Positions 1 through 12,300 of a stretch of 64,000 nt of DNA are shown one piece after another (position 1 is the first letter of the stretch; each line of letters begins with the position of its first letter). The stretch is from Auanema rhodensis (lineage: Eukaryota; Animalia; Nematoda). The stretch spans positions 20,522,001-20,586,000 of the forward strand of contig OZ059894.1 in NCBI GenBank assembly GCA_964057225.1, in the 5' to 3' direction. Position numbers and translations under genes: made by a program. Under the pieces are notes generated by a model, which ran no database searches, had not been told where the DNA came from, and saw nothing but the letters and a program-made list of their open reading frames with translations.

Positions 1-5
1 AAAAT

Positions 6-17
6 TTTTTCGAAAAA
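6..17. other. Perfect 12-bp palindrome TTTTTCGAAAAA within a longer imperfect A/T dyad (most monomers; first copy given)
   Basis: Self-complementary. Flanked by TTTTGA...TCAAAA across the monomer junction. Disrupted in A16C monomers. Confidence 0.85.
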
Positions 18-128
18 TTTCAAAATAAATTAGCAAAAAGTAGATGTTTTTAGATTTCTTTTTTTAAGGCAAAGACGATGGACAATGTTATTCAACGAAA
101 AAATTAATTCTTCAGGGTGAAAATCGAG

Positions 129-150
129 GATATAAGTGTGAACTTATATC
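129..150. other. Inverted repeat, 9-bp stem with 4-nt loop (repeated per monomer; first copy given)
   Basis: GATATAAGT-GTGA-ACTTATATC; the arms are exact reverse complements. Confidence 0.9.
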
Positions 151-160
151 AGTTGATATC

Positions 161-227
161 TCGGTGCATTTTTAAGCTAGCGCAAATCTGATAACACAGA
201 ACGACGCAGCTTAAAAATCCGCATCGA
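161..227. other. Long interrupted inverted repeat / potential hairpin or cruciform (repeated per monomer; first copy given)
   Basis: TCGGTGC(161-167)/GCATCGA(221-227) with one G.T. ATTTTTAAGCT(168-178)/AGCTTAAAAAT(208-218) is a perfect 11 bp. GCG/CGC, then ATCTG(186-190)/CAGAT(197-201; A201 in this copy), with loop ATAACA. Confidence 0.9.
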
Positions 228-301
228 ATGCACTATACTACATTGAGAAACGCTTAATACAAAAATTAGTTATGATCGTTTGAAAAATGATGCATTAGTG
301 T

Positions 302-329
302 ATGTTGAGTTTCCATGTACACTCAACAT
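302..329. other. Inverted repeat, 9-bp stem with 10-nt loop (repeated per monomer; first copy given)
   Basis: ATGTTGAGT-TTCCATGTAC-ACTCAACAT; the arms are exact reverse complements. Confidence 0.9.
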
Positions 330-3300
330 TGCTTCCAAAAACATTTTGACAAAAATTTTTTCGAAAAATTTCAAAATAAATTAGCAAAAAGTAGATGTTT
401 TTAGATTCCTTTTTTTAAGGCAAAGACGATGGACAATGTTATTCAACGAAAAAATTAATTCTTCAGGGTGAAAATCGAGGATATAAGTGTGAACTTATAT
501 CAGTTGATATCTCGGTGCATTTTTAAGCTAGCGCAAATCTGATAACACAGATCGATGCAGCTTAAAAATCCGCATCGAATGCTTTATACTACATTGAGAA
601 ACGCTTAATACAAAAATTAGTTATGATCGTTTGAAAAATGATGCATTAGTTTATGTTGAGTTTCCATGTACACTCAATATTGCTTCGAAAAACATTTTGA
701 CAAAAATTTTTTCGAAAAATTTCAACATAAATTAGCAAAAAGTAGATGTTTTTAGATTCCTTTTTTCAAGGCAAAGACGATGGACAATGTTATTCAACGA
801 AAAAATTAATTCTTCAGGGTGAAAATCGAGGATATAAGTGTGAACTTATATCAGTTGATATCTCGGTGCATTTTTAAGCTAGCGCAAATCTGATACCACA
901 GATCGACGCAGCTTAAAAATCCGCATCGAATGCACTATACTACATTGAGAAACGCTTAATACGAAAATTAGTTATGATCGTTTGAAAAATGATGCATTAC
1001 TGTATGTTGAGTTTCCATGTACACTCAATATTGCTTCGAAAAACATTTTGACAAAAATTTTTTCGAAAAATTTCAACATAAATTAGCAAAAAGTAGATGT
1101 TTTTAGATTCCTTTTTTCAAGGCAAAGACGATGGACAATGTTATTCAACGAAAAAATTAACTCTTCAGGGTGAAAATCGAGGATATAAGTGTGAACTTAT
1201 ATCAGTTGATATCTCGGTGCATTTTTAAGCTAGCGCAAATCTGATAACACAGATCGACGCAGCTTAAAAATCCGCATCGAATGCACTATACTACATTGAG
1301 AAACGCTTAATACAAAAATTAGTTATGATCGTTTGAAAAATGATGCATTAGTGTATGTTGAGTTTCCATATACACTCAACATTGCTTCCAAAAACATTTT
1401 GACAAAAATTTTTTCGAAAAATTTCAAAATAAATTAGCAAAAAGTAGATGTTTTTAGATTTCTTTTTTTAAGGCAAAGACGATGGACAATGTTATTCAAC
1501 GAAAAAATTAATTCTTCAGGGTGAAAATCGAGGATATAAGTGTGAACTTATATCAGTTGATATCTCGGTGCATTTTTAAGCTAGCGCAAATCTGATAACA
1601 CAGAACGACGCAGCTTAAAAATCCGCATCGAATGCACTATACTACATTGAGAAACGCTTAATACAAAAATTAGTTATGATCGTTTGAAAAATGATGCATT
1701 AGTGTATGTTGAGTTTCCATGTACACTCAACATTGCTTCCAAAAACATTTTGACAAAAATTTTTTCGAAAAATTTCAAAATAAATTAGCAAAAAGTAGAT
1801 GTTTTTAGATTCCTTTTTTTAAGGCAAAGACGATGGACAATGTTATTCAACGAAAAAATTAATTCTTCAGGGTGAAAATCGAGGATATAAGTGTGAACTT
1901 ATATCAGTTGATATCTCGGTGCATTTTTAAGCTAGCGCAAATCTGATAACACAGATCGACGCAGCTTAAAAATCCGCATCGAATGCTTTATACTACATTG
2001 AGAAACGCTTAATACAAAAATTAGTTATGATCGTTTGAAAAATGATGCATTAGTTTATGTTGAGTTTCCATGTACACTCAATATTGCTTCGAAAAACATT
2101 TTGACAAAAATTTTTTCGAAAAATTTCAACATAAATTAGCAAAAAGTAGATGTTTTTAGATTCCTTTTTTCAAGGCAAAGACGATGGACAATGTTATTCA
2201 ACGAAAAAATTAATTCTTCAGGGTGAAAATCGAGGATATAAGTGTGAACTTATATCAGTTGATATCTCGGTGCATTTTTAAGCTAGCGCAAATCTGATAC
2301 CACAGATCGACGCAGCTTAAAAATCCGCATCGAATGCACTATACTACATTGAGAAACGCTTAATACGAAAATTAGTTATGATCGTTTGAAAAATGATGCA
2401 TTACTGTATGTTGAGTTTCCATGTACACTCAATATTGCTTCGAAAAACATTTTGACAAAAATTTTTTCGAAAAATTTCAACATAAATTAGCAAAAAGTAG
2501 ATGTTTTTAGATTCCTTTTTTCAAGGCAAAGACGATGGACAATGTTATTCAACGAAAAAATTAACTCTTCAGGGTGAAAATCGAGGATATAAGTGTGAAC
2601 TTATATCAGTTGATATCTCGGTGCATTTTTAAGCTAGCGCAAATCTGATAACACAGATCGACGCAGCTTAAAAATCCGCATCGAATGCACTATACTACAT
2701 TGAGAAACGCTTAATACAAAAATTAGTTATGATCGTTTGAAAAATGATGCATTAGTGTATGTTGAGTTTCCATGTACACTCAACATTGCTTCCAAAAACA
2801 TTTTGACAAAAATTTTTTCGAAAAATTTCAAAATAATTTAGCAAAAAGTAGATGTTTTTAGATTCCTTCTTTCAAGGCAAAGACGATGGACAATGTTATT
2901 CAACGAAAAAATTAACTCTTCAGGGTGAAAATCGAGGATATAAGTGTGAACTTATATCAGTTGATATCTCGGTGCATTTTTAAGCTAGCGCAAATCTGAT
3001 AACACAGATCGACGCAGCTTAAAAATCCGCATCGAATGCACTATACTACATTGAGAAACGCTTGATACAAAAATTAGTTATGATCGTTTGAAAAATGATG
3101 CATTAGTGTATGTTGAGTTTCCATGTACACTCAACATTGCTTCCAAAAACATTTTGACAAAAATTTTTTCGAAAAATTTCAAAATAATTTAGCAAAAAGT
3201 AGATGTTTTTAGATTCCTTTTTTCAAGGCAAAGACGATGGACAATGTTATTCAACAAAAAAAATAATTCTTCAGGGTGAAAATCGAGGATATAAGTGTGA

Positions 3301-6300
3301 ACTTATATCAGTTGATATCTCGGTGCATTTTTAAGCTAGCGCAAATCTGATAACACAGATCGACGCAGCTTAAAAATTCGCATCGAATGCACTATACTAC
3401 ATTGAGAAACGCTTAATACAAAAATTAGTTATGATCGTTTGAAAAATGATGCATTAGTGTATGTTGAGTTTCCATGTACACTCAACATTGCTTCCAAAAA
3501 CATTTTGACAAAAATTTTTTCGAAAAATTTCAAAATAATTTAGCAAAAAGTAGATGTTTTTGATTCCTTTTTTCAAGGCAAAGACGATGGACAATGTTAT
3601 TCAACGAAAAAAATAATTCTTCAGGGTGAAAATCGAGGATATAAGTGTGAACTTATATCAGATGATATCTCGGTGCATTTTTAAGCTAGCGCAAATCTGA
3701 TAACACAGATCGACGCAGCTTAAAAATTCGCATCGAATGCACTATACTACATTGAGAAACGCTTAATACAAAAATTAGTTATGATCGTTTGAAAAATGAT
3801 GCATTAGTGTATGTTGAGTTTCCATGTACACTCAACATTGCTTCCAAAAACATTTTGACAAAAATTTTTTCGAAAAATTTCAAAATAATTTAGCAAAAAG
3901 TAGATGTTTTTAGATTCCTATTTTCAAAGTAAAGACGATGGACAATGTTATTCAACGAAAAAAATAATTCTTCAGGGTGAAAATCGAGGATATAAGTGTG
4001 AACTTATATCAGTTGATATCTCGGTGCATTTTTAAGCTAGCGCAAATCTGATAACACAGATCGACGCAGCTTAAAAATCCGCATCGAATGCACTATACTA
4101 CATTGAGAAACGCTTAATACAAAAATTAGTTATGATCGTTTGAAAAATGATGCATTAGTGTATGTTGAGTTTCCATGTACACTCAACATTGCTTCCAAAA
4201 ACATTTTGACAAAAATTTTTTCGAAAAATTTCAAAATAAATTAGCAAAAAGTAGATGTTTTTAGATTTCTTTTTTTAAGGCAAAGACGATGGACAATGTT
4301 ATTCAACGAAAAAATTAATTCTTCAGGGTGAAAATCGAGGATATAAGTGTGAACTTATATCAGTTGATATCTCGGTGCATTTTTAAGCTAGCGCAAATCT
4401 GATAACACAGAACGACGCAGCTTAAAAATCCGCATCGAATGCACTATACTACATTGAGAAACGCTTAATACAAAAATTAGTTATGATCGTTTGAAAAATG
4501 ATGCATTAGTGTATGTTGAGTTTCCATGTACACTCAACATTGCTTCCAAAAACATTTTGACAAAAATTTTTTCGAAAAATTTCAAAATAAATTAGCAAAA
4601 AGTAGATGTTTTTAGATTCCTTTTTTTAAGGCAAAGACGATGGACAATGTTATTCAACGAAAAAATTAATTCTTCAGGGTGAAAATCGAGGATATAAGTG
4701 TGAACTTATATCAGTTGATATCTCGGTGCATTTTTAAGCTAGCGCAAATCTGATAACACAGATCGACGCAGCTTAAAAATCCGCATCGAATGCTTTATAC
4801 TACATTGAGAAACGCTTAATACAAAAATTAGTTATGATCGTTTGAAAAATGATGCATTAGTTTATGTTGAGTTTCCATGTACACTCAATATTGCTTCGAA
4901 AAACATTTTGACAAAAATTTTTTCGAAAAATTTCAACATAAATTAGCAAAAAGTAGATGTTTTTAGATTCCTTTTTTCAAGGCAAAGACGATGGACAATG
5001 TTATTCAACGAAAAAATTAATTCTTCAGGGTGAAAATCGAGGATATAAGTGTGAACTTATATCAGTTGATATCTCGGTGCATTTTTAAGCTAGCGCAAAT
5101 CTGATACCACAGATCGACGCAGCTTAAAAATCCGCATCGAATGCACTATACTACATTGAGAAACGCTTAATACGAAAATTAGTTATGATCGTTTGAAAAA
5201 TGATGCATTACTGTATGTTGAGTTTCCATGTACACTCAATATTGCTTCGAAAAACATTTTGACAAAAATTTTTTCGAAACATTTCAACATAAATTAGCAA
5301 AAAGTAGATGTTTTTAGATTCCTTTTTTCAAGGCAAAGACGATGGACAATGTTATTCAACGAAAAAATTAATTCTTCAGGGTGAAAATCGAGGATATAAG
5401 TGTGAACTTATATCAGTTGATATCTCGGTGCATTTTTAAGCTAGCGCAAATCTGATACCACAGATCGACGCAGCTTAAAAATCCGCATCGAATGCACTAT
5501 ACTACATTGAGAAACGCTTAATACGAAAATTAGTTATGATCGTTTAAAAAATGATGCATTAGTTTATGTTGAGTTTCCATGTACACTCAACATTGCTTCC
5601 AAAAACATTTTGACAAAAATTTTTTCGAAACATTTCAAAATAATTCAGCAAAAAGTAGATGTTTTTAGATTCCTTTTTTCAAGGCAAAGACGATGGACAA
5701 TGTTATTCAACGAAAAAATTAACTCTTCAGGGTGAAAATCGAGGATATAAGTGTGAACTTATATCAGTTGATATCTCGGTGCATTTTTAAGCTAGCGCAA
5801 ATCTGATAACACAGATCGACGCAGCTTAAAAATCCGCATCGAATGCACTATACTACATTGAGAAACGCGTAATACAAAAATTAGTTATGATCGTTTGAAA
5901 AATGATGCATTAGTGTATGTTGAGTTTCCATGTACACTCAACATTGCTTCCAAAAACATTTTGACAAAAATTTTTTCGAAAAATTTCAAAATAATTTAGC
6001 AAAAAGTAGATGTTTTTAGATTCCTTCTTTCAAGGCAAAGACGATGGACAATGTTATTCAACGAAAAAATTAACTCTTCAGGGTGAAAATCGAGGATATA
6101 AGTGTGAACTTATATCAGTTGATATCTCGGTGCATTTTTAAGCTAGCGCAAATCTGATAACACAGATCGACGCAGCTTAAAAATCCGCATCGAATGCACT
6201 ATACTACATTGAGAAACGCTTAATACAAAAATTAGTTATGATCGTTTGAAAAATGATGCATTAGTGTATGTTGAGTTTCCATGTACACTCAACATTGCTT

Positions 6301-6317
6301 CCAAAAACATTTTGACA

Positions 6318-9300
6318 AAAATTTTTTCGAAAAATTTCAAAATAATTTAGCAAAAAGTAGATGTTTTTAGATTCCTTTTTTCAAGGCAAAGACGATGGAC
6401 AATGTTATTCAACGAAAAAAATAATTCTTCAGGGTGAAAATCGAGGATATAAGTGTGAACTTATATCAGTTGATATCTCGGTGCATTTTTAAGCTAGCGC
6501 AAATCTGATAACACAGATCGACGCAGCTTAAAAATTCGCATCGAATGCACTATACTACATTGAGAAACGCTTAATACAAAAATTAGTTATGATCGTTTGA
6601 AAAATGATGCATTAGTGTATGTTGAGTTTCCATGTACACTCAACATTGCTTCCAAAAACATTTTGACAAAAATTTTTTCGAAAAATTTCAAAATAATTTA
6701 GCAAAAAGTAGATGTTTTTAGATTCCTTTTTTCAAGGCAAAGACGATGGACAATGTTATTCAACGAAAAAATTAATTCTTCAGGGTGAAAATCGAGGATA
6801 TAAGTGTAAACTTATATCAGTTGATATCTCGGTGCATTTTTAAGCTAGCGCAAATCTGATAACACAGATCGACGCAGCTTAAAAATCCGCATCGAATGCA
6901 CTATACCACATTGAGAAACGCTTAAAACAAAAATTAGTTATGATCGTTTGAAAAATGATGCATTAGTGTATGTTGAGTTTCCATGTACACTCAACATTGC
7001 TTCCAAAAACATTTTGACAAAAATTTTTTCGAAAAATTTCAAAATAATTTAGCAAAAAGTAGATGTTTTTAGATTCCTTTTTTCAAGGCAAAGACGATGG
7101 ACAATGTTATTCAACGAAAAAATTAACTCTTCAGGGTGAAAATCGAGGATATAAGTGTGAACTTATATCAGTTGATATCTCGGTGCATTTTTAAGCTAGC
7201 GCAAATCTGATAACACAGATCGACGCAGCTTAAAAATCCGCATCGAATGCACTATACTACATTGAGAAACGCTTAATACAAAAATTAGTTATGATCGTTT
7301 GAAAAATGATGCATTAGTGTATGTTGAGTTTCCATGTACACTCAACATTGCTTCCAAAAACATTTTGACAAAAATTTTTTCGAAAAATTTCAAAATAATT
7401 TAGCAAAAAGTAGATGTTTTTAGATTCCTTTTTTCAAGGCAAAGACGATGGACAATGTTATTCAACGAAAAAAATAATTCTTCAGGGTGAAAATCGAGGA
7501 TATAAGTGTGAACTTATATCAGTTGATATCTCGGTGCATTTTTAAGCTAGCGCAAATCTGATAACACAGATCGACGCAGCTTAAAAATTCGCATCGAATG
7601 CACTATACTACATTGAGAAACGCTTAATACAAAAATTAGTTATGATCGTTTGAAAAATGATGCATTAGTGTATGTTGAGTTTCCATGTACACTCAACATT
7701 GCTTCCAAAAACATTTTGACAAAAATTTTTTCGAAAAATTTCAAAATAATTTAGCAAAAAGTAGATGTTTTTAGATTCCTTTTTTCAAGGCAAAGACGAT
7801 GGACAATGTTATTCAACGAAAAAATTAATTCTTCAGGGTGAAAATCGAGGATATAAGTGTAAACTTATATCAGTTGATATCTCGGTGCATTTTTAAGCTA
7901 GCGCAAATCTGATAACACAGATCGACGCAGCTTAAAAATCCGCATCGAATGCACTATACCACATTGAGAAACGCTTAAAACAAAAATTAGTTATGATCGT
8001 TTGAAAAATGATGCATTAGTGTATGTTGAGTTTCCATGTACACTCAACATTGCTTCCAAAAACATTTTGACAAAAATTTTTTCGAAAAATTTCAAAATAA
8101 TTTAGCAAAAAGTAGATGTTTTTAGATTCCTTTTTTCAAGGCAAAGACGATGGACAATGTTATTCAACGAAAAAATTAATTCTTCAGGGTGAAAATCGAG
8201 GATATAAGTGTAAACTTATATCAGTTGATATCTCGGTGCATTTTTAAGCTAGCGCAAATCTGATAACACAGATCGACGCAGCTTAAAAATCCGCATCGAA
8301 TGCACTATACCACATTGAGAAACGCTTAAAACAAAAATTAGTTATGATCGTTTGAAAAATGATGCATTAGTGTATGTTGAGTTTCCATGTACACTCAACA
8401 TTGCTTCCAAAAACATTTTGACAAAAATTTTTTCGAAAAATTTCAAAATAATTTAGCAAAAAGTAGATGTTTTTAGATTCCTTTTTTCAAGGCAAAGACG
8501 ATGGACAATGTTATTCAACGAAAAAATTAACTCTTCAGGGTGAAAATCGAGGATATAAGTGTGAACTTATATCAGTTGATATCTCGGTGCATTTTTAAGC
8601 TAGCGCAAATCTGATAACACAGATCGACGCAGCTTAAAAATCCGCATCGAATGCACTATACTACATTGAGAAACGCTTAATACAAAAATTAGTTATGATC
8701 GTTTGAAAAATGATGCATTAGTGTATGTTGAGTTTCCATGTACACTCAACATTGCTTCCAAAAACATTTTGACAAAAATTTTTTCGAAAAATTTCAAAAT
8801 AATTTAGCAAAAAGTAGATGTTTTTAGATTCCTTTTTTCAAGGCAAAGACGATGGACAATGTTATTCAACGAAAAAAATAATTCTTCAGGGTGAAAATCG
8901 AGGATATAAGTGTGAACTTATATCAGTTGATATCTCGGTGCATTTTTAAGCTAGCGCAAATCTGATAACACAGATCGACGCAGCTTAAAAATTCGCATCG
9001 AATGCACTATACTACATTGAGAAACGCTTAATACAAAAATTAGTTATGATCGTTTGAAAAATGATGCATTAGTGTATGTTGAGTTTCCATGTACACTCAA
9101 CATTGCTTCCAAAAACATTTTGACAAAAATTTTTTCGAAAAATTTCAAAATAATTTAGCAAAAAGTAGATGTTTTTAGATTCCTTTTTTCAAGGCAAAGA
9201 CGATGGACAATGTTATTCAACGAAAAAATTAATTCTTCAGGGTGAAAATCGAGGATATAAGTGTAAACTTATATCAGTTGATATCTCGGTGCATTTTTAA

Positions 9301-12300
9301 GCTAGCGCAAATCTGATAACACAGATCGACGCAGCTTAAAAATCCGCATCGAATGCACTATACCACATTGAGAAACGCTTAAAACAAAAATTAGTTATGA
9401 TCGTTTGAAAAATGATGCATTAGTGTATGTTGAGTTTCCATGTACACTCAACATTGCTTCCAAAAACATTTTGACAAAAATTTTTTCGAAAAATTTCAAA
9501 ATAATTTAGCAAAAAGTAGATGTTTTTAGATTCCTTTTTTCAAGGCAAAGACGATGGACAATGTTATTCAACGAAAAAATTAATTCTTCAGGGTGAAAAT
9601 CGAGGATATAAGTGTGAACTTATATCAGTTGATATCTCGGTGCATTTTTAAGCTAGCGCAAATCTGATAACACAGATCGACGCAGCTTAACAATTCGCAT
9701 CGAATGCACTATACTACATTGAGAAACGCTTAATACAAAAATTAGTTATGATCGTTTGAAAAATGATGCATTAGTGTATGTTGAGTTTCCATGTACACTC
9801 AACATTGCTTCCAAAAACATTTTGACAAAAATTTTTTCGAAAAATTTCAAAATAATTTAGCAAAAAGTAGATGTTTTTAGATTCCTTTTTTCAAGGCAAA
9901 GACGATGGACAATGTTATTCAACGAAAAAATTAATTCTTCAGGGTGAAAATCGAGGATATAAGTGTAAACTTATATCAGTTGATATCTCGGTGCATTTTT
10001 AAGCTAGCGCAAATCTGATAACACAGATCGACGCAGCTTAAAAATCCGCATCGAATGCACTATACCACATTGAGAAACGCTTAAAACAAAAATTAGTTAT
10101 GATCGTTTGAAAAATGATGCATTAGTGTATGTTGAGTTTCCATGTACACTCAACATTGCTTCCAAAAACATTTTGACAAAAATTTTTTCGAAAAATTTCA
10201 AAATAATTTAGCAAAAAGTAGATGTTTTTAGATTCCTTTTTTCAAGGCAAAGACGATGGACAATGTTATTCAACGAAAAAATTAATTCTTCAGGGTGAAA
10301 ATCGAGGATATAAGTGTGAACTTATATCAGTTGATATCTCGGTGCATTTTTAAGCTAGCGCAAATCTGATAACACAGATCGACGCAGCTTAACAATTCGC
10401 ATCGAATGCACTATACTACATTGAGAAACGCTTAATACAAAAATTAGTTATGATCGTTTGAAAAATGATGCATTAGTGTATGTTGAGTTTCCATGTACAC
10501 TCAACATTGCTTCCAAAAACATTTTGACAAAAATTTTTTCGAAAAATTTCAAAATAATTTAGCAAAAAGTAGATGTTTTTAGATTCCTTTTTTCAAGGCA
10601 AAGACGATGGACAATGTTATTCAACGAAAAAATTAACTCTTCAGGGTGAAAATCGAGGATATAAGTGTGAACTTATATCAGTTGATATCTCGGTGCATTT
10701 TTAAGCTAGCGCAAATCTGATAACACAGATCGACGCAGCTTAAAAATCCGCATCGAATGCACTATACTACATTGAGAAACGCTTAATACAAAAATTAGTT
10801 ATGATCGTTTGAAAAATGATGCATTAGTGTATGTTGAGTTTCCATGTACACTCAACATTGCTTCGAAAAACATTTTGACAAAAATTTTTTCGAAAAATTT
10901 CAAAATAATTTAGCAAAAAGTAGATGTTTTTAGATTCCTTTTTTCAAGGCAAAGACGATGGACAATGTTATTCAACGAAAAAAATAATTCTTCAGGGTGA
11001 AAATCGAGGATATAAGTGTGAACTTATATCAGTTGATATCTCGGTGCATTTTTAAGCTAGCGCAAATCTGATAACACAGATCGACGCAGCTTAACAATTC
11101 GCATCGAATGCACTATACTACATTGAGAAACGCTTAATACAAAAATTAGTTATGATCGTTTGAAAAATGATGCATTAGTGTATGTTGAGTTTCCATGTAC
11201 ACTCAACATTGCTTCCAAAAACATTTTGACAAAAATTTTTTCGAAAAATTTCAAAATAATTTAGCAAAAAGTAGATGTTTTTAGATTCCTTTTTTCAAGG
11301 CAAAGACGATGGACAATGTTATTCAACGAAAAAATTAATTCTTCAGGGTGAAAATCGAGGATATAAGTGTGAACTTATATCAGTTGATATCTCGGTGCAT
11401 TTTTAAGCTAGCGCAAATCTGATAACACAGATCGACGCAGCTTAAAAATCCGCATCGAATGCTTTATACTACATTGAGAAACGCTTAATACAAAAATTAG
11501 TTATGATCGTTTGAAAAATGATGCATTAGTTTATGTTGAGTTTCCATGTACACTCAACATTGCTTCGAAAAACATTTTGACAAAAATTTTTTCGAAAAAT
11601 TTCAAAATAATTTAGCAAAAAGTAGATGTTTTTAGATTCCTTTTTTCAAGGCAAAGACGATGGACAATGTTATTCAACGAAAAAAATAATTCTTCAGGGT
11701 GAAAATCGAGGATATAAGTGTGAACTTATATCAGTTGATATCTCGGTGCATTTTTAAGCTAGCGCAAATCTGATAACACAGATCGACGCAGCTTAAAGAT
11801 TCGCATCGAATGCACTATACTACATTGAGAAACGCTTAATACAAAAATTAGTTATGATCGTTTGAAAAATGATGCATTAGTGTATGTTGAGTTTCCATGT
11901 ACACTCAACATTGCTTCCAAAAACATTTTGACAAAAATTTTTTCGAAAAATTTCAAAATAATTTAGCAAAAAGTAGATGTTTTTAGATTCCTTTTTTCAA
12001 GGCAAAGACGATGGACAATGTTATTCAACGAAAAAAATAATTCTTCAGGGTGAAAATCGAGGATATAAGTGTGAACTTATATCAGTTGATATCTCGGTGC
12101 ATTTTTAAGCTAGCGCAAATCTGATAACACAGATCGACGCAGCTTTAAAATTCGCATCGAATGCACTATACTACATTGAGAAACGCTTAATACAAAAATT
12201 AGTTATGATCGTTTGAAAAATGATGCATTAGTGTATGTTGAGTTTCCATGTACACTCAACATTGCTTCCAAAAACATTTTGACAAAAATTTTTTCGAAAA

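Larger units (their letters stand above)
1..2808. repeat. 4-monomer higher-order repeat (1404 bp), two tandem copies
   Basis: Monomers 1-4 and 5-8 carry the same ordered variants: T57/T65/A201; T232-T233/T300/T327/G336; C24/C194/G261/C298; C24/C108. They differ only by private SNVs near 556 and 1370. Confidence 0.9.

Noticed and set aside
84-100. CENP-B box-like motif on the minus strand (TTTCGTTGAATAACATT)
   Set aside because: It matches the TTCG half and central A only; the essential CGGG half is absent.
60-120. Hammerhead ribozyme (retrozyme-like satellite): minus-strand CUGAAGA at 109-115 matches CUGANGA
   Set aside because: The following possible stem (GUUA..UAAC) is followed by AUUG, not GAAA, and I could not build stems I/III. 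Plus-strand CUGAUAA (188-194) lacks G8. An Infernal scan with Rfam hammerhead models would settle it.
129-150. Conserved RNA hairpin with a GNRA tetraloop (GTGA, variant GTAA) or intrinsic terminator
   Set aside because: Stem variants T135, T146 and G144 are uncompensated and two loop variants break GNRA. The stem is AT-rich, with no U-tract or upstream gene.
118-302. Ancient dimer substructure (TGAAAATCGAGGATATAAGTGT vs TGAAAAATGATGCATTAGTGT)
   Set aside because: The similarity is short, gapped and AT-rich, at an offset of ~163 rather than ~175, and it does not extend by eye.
1-351. Assignment to a named ~350-360-bp satellite family (e.g. Drosophila 1.688 or tenebrionid beetle satellites)
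   Set aside because: Only length and AT-richness are similar. I recognise no sequence identity and cannot run a search.
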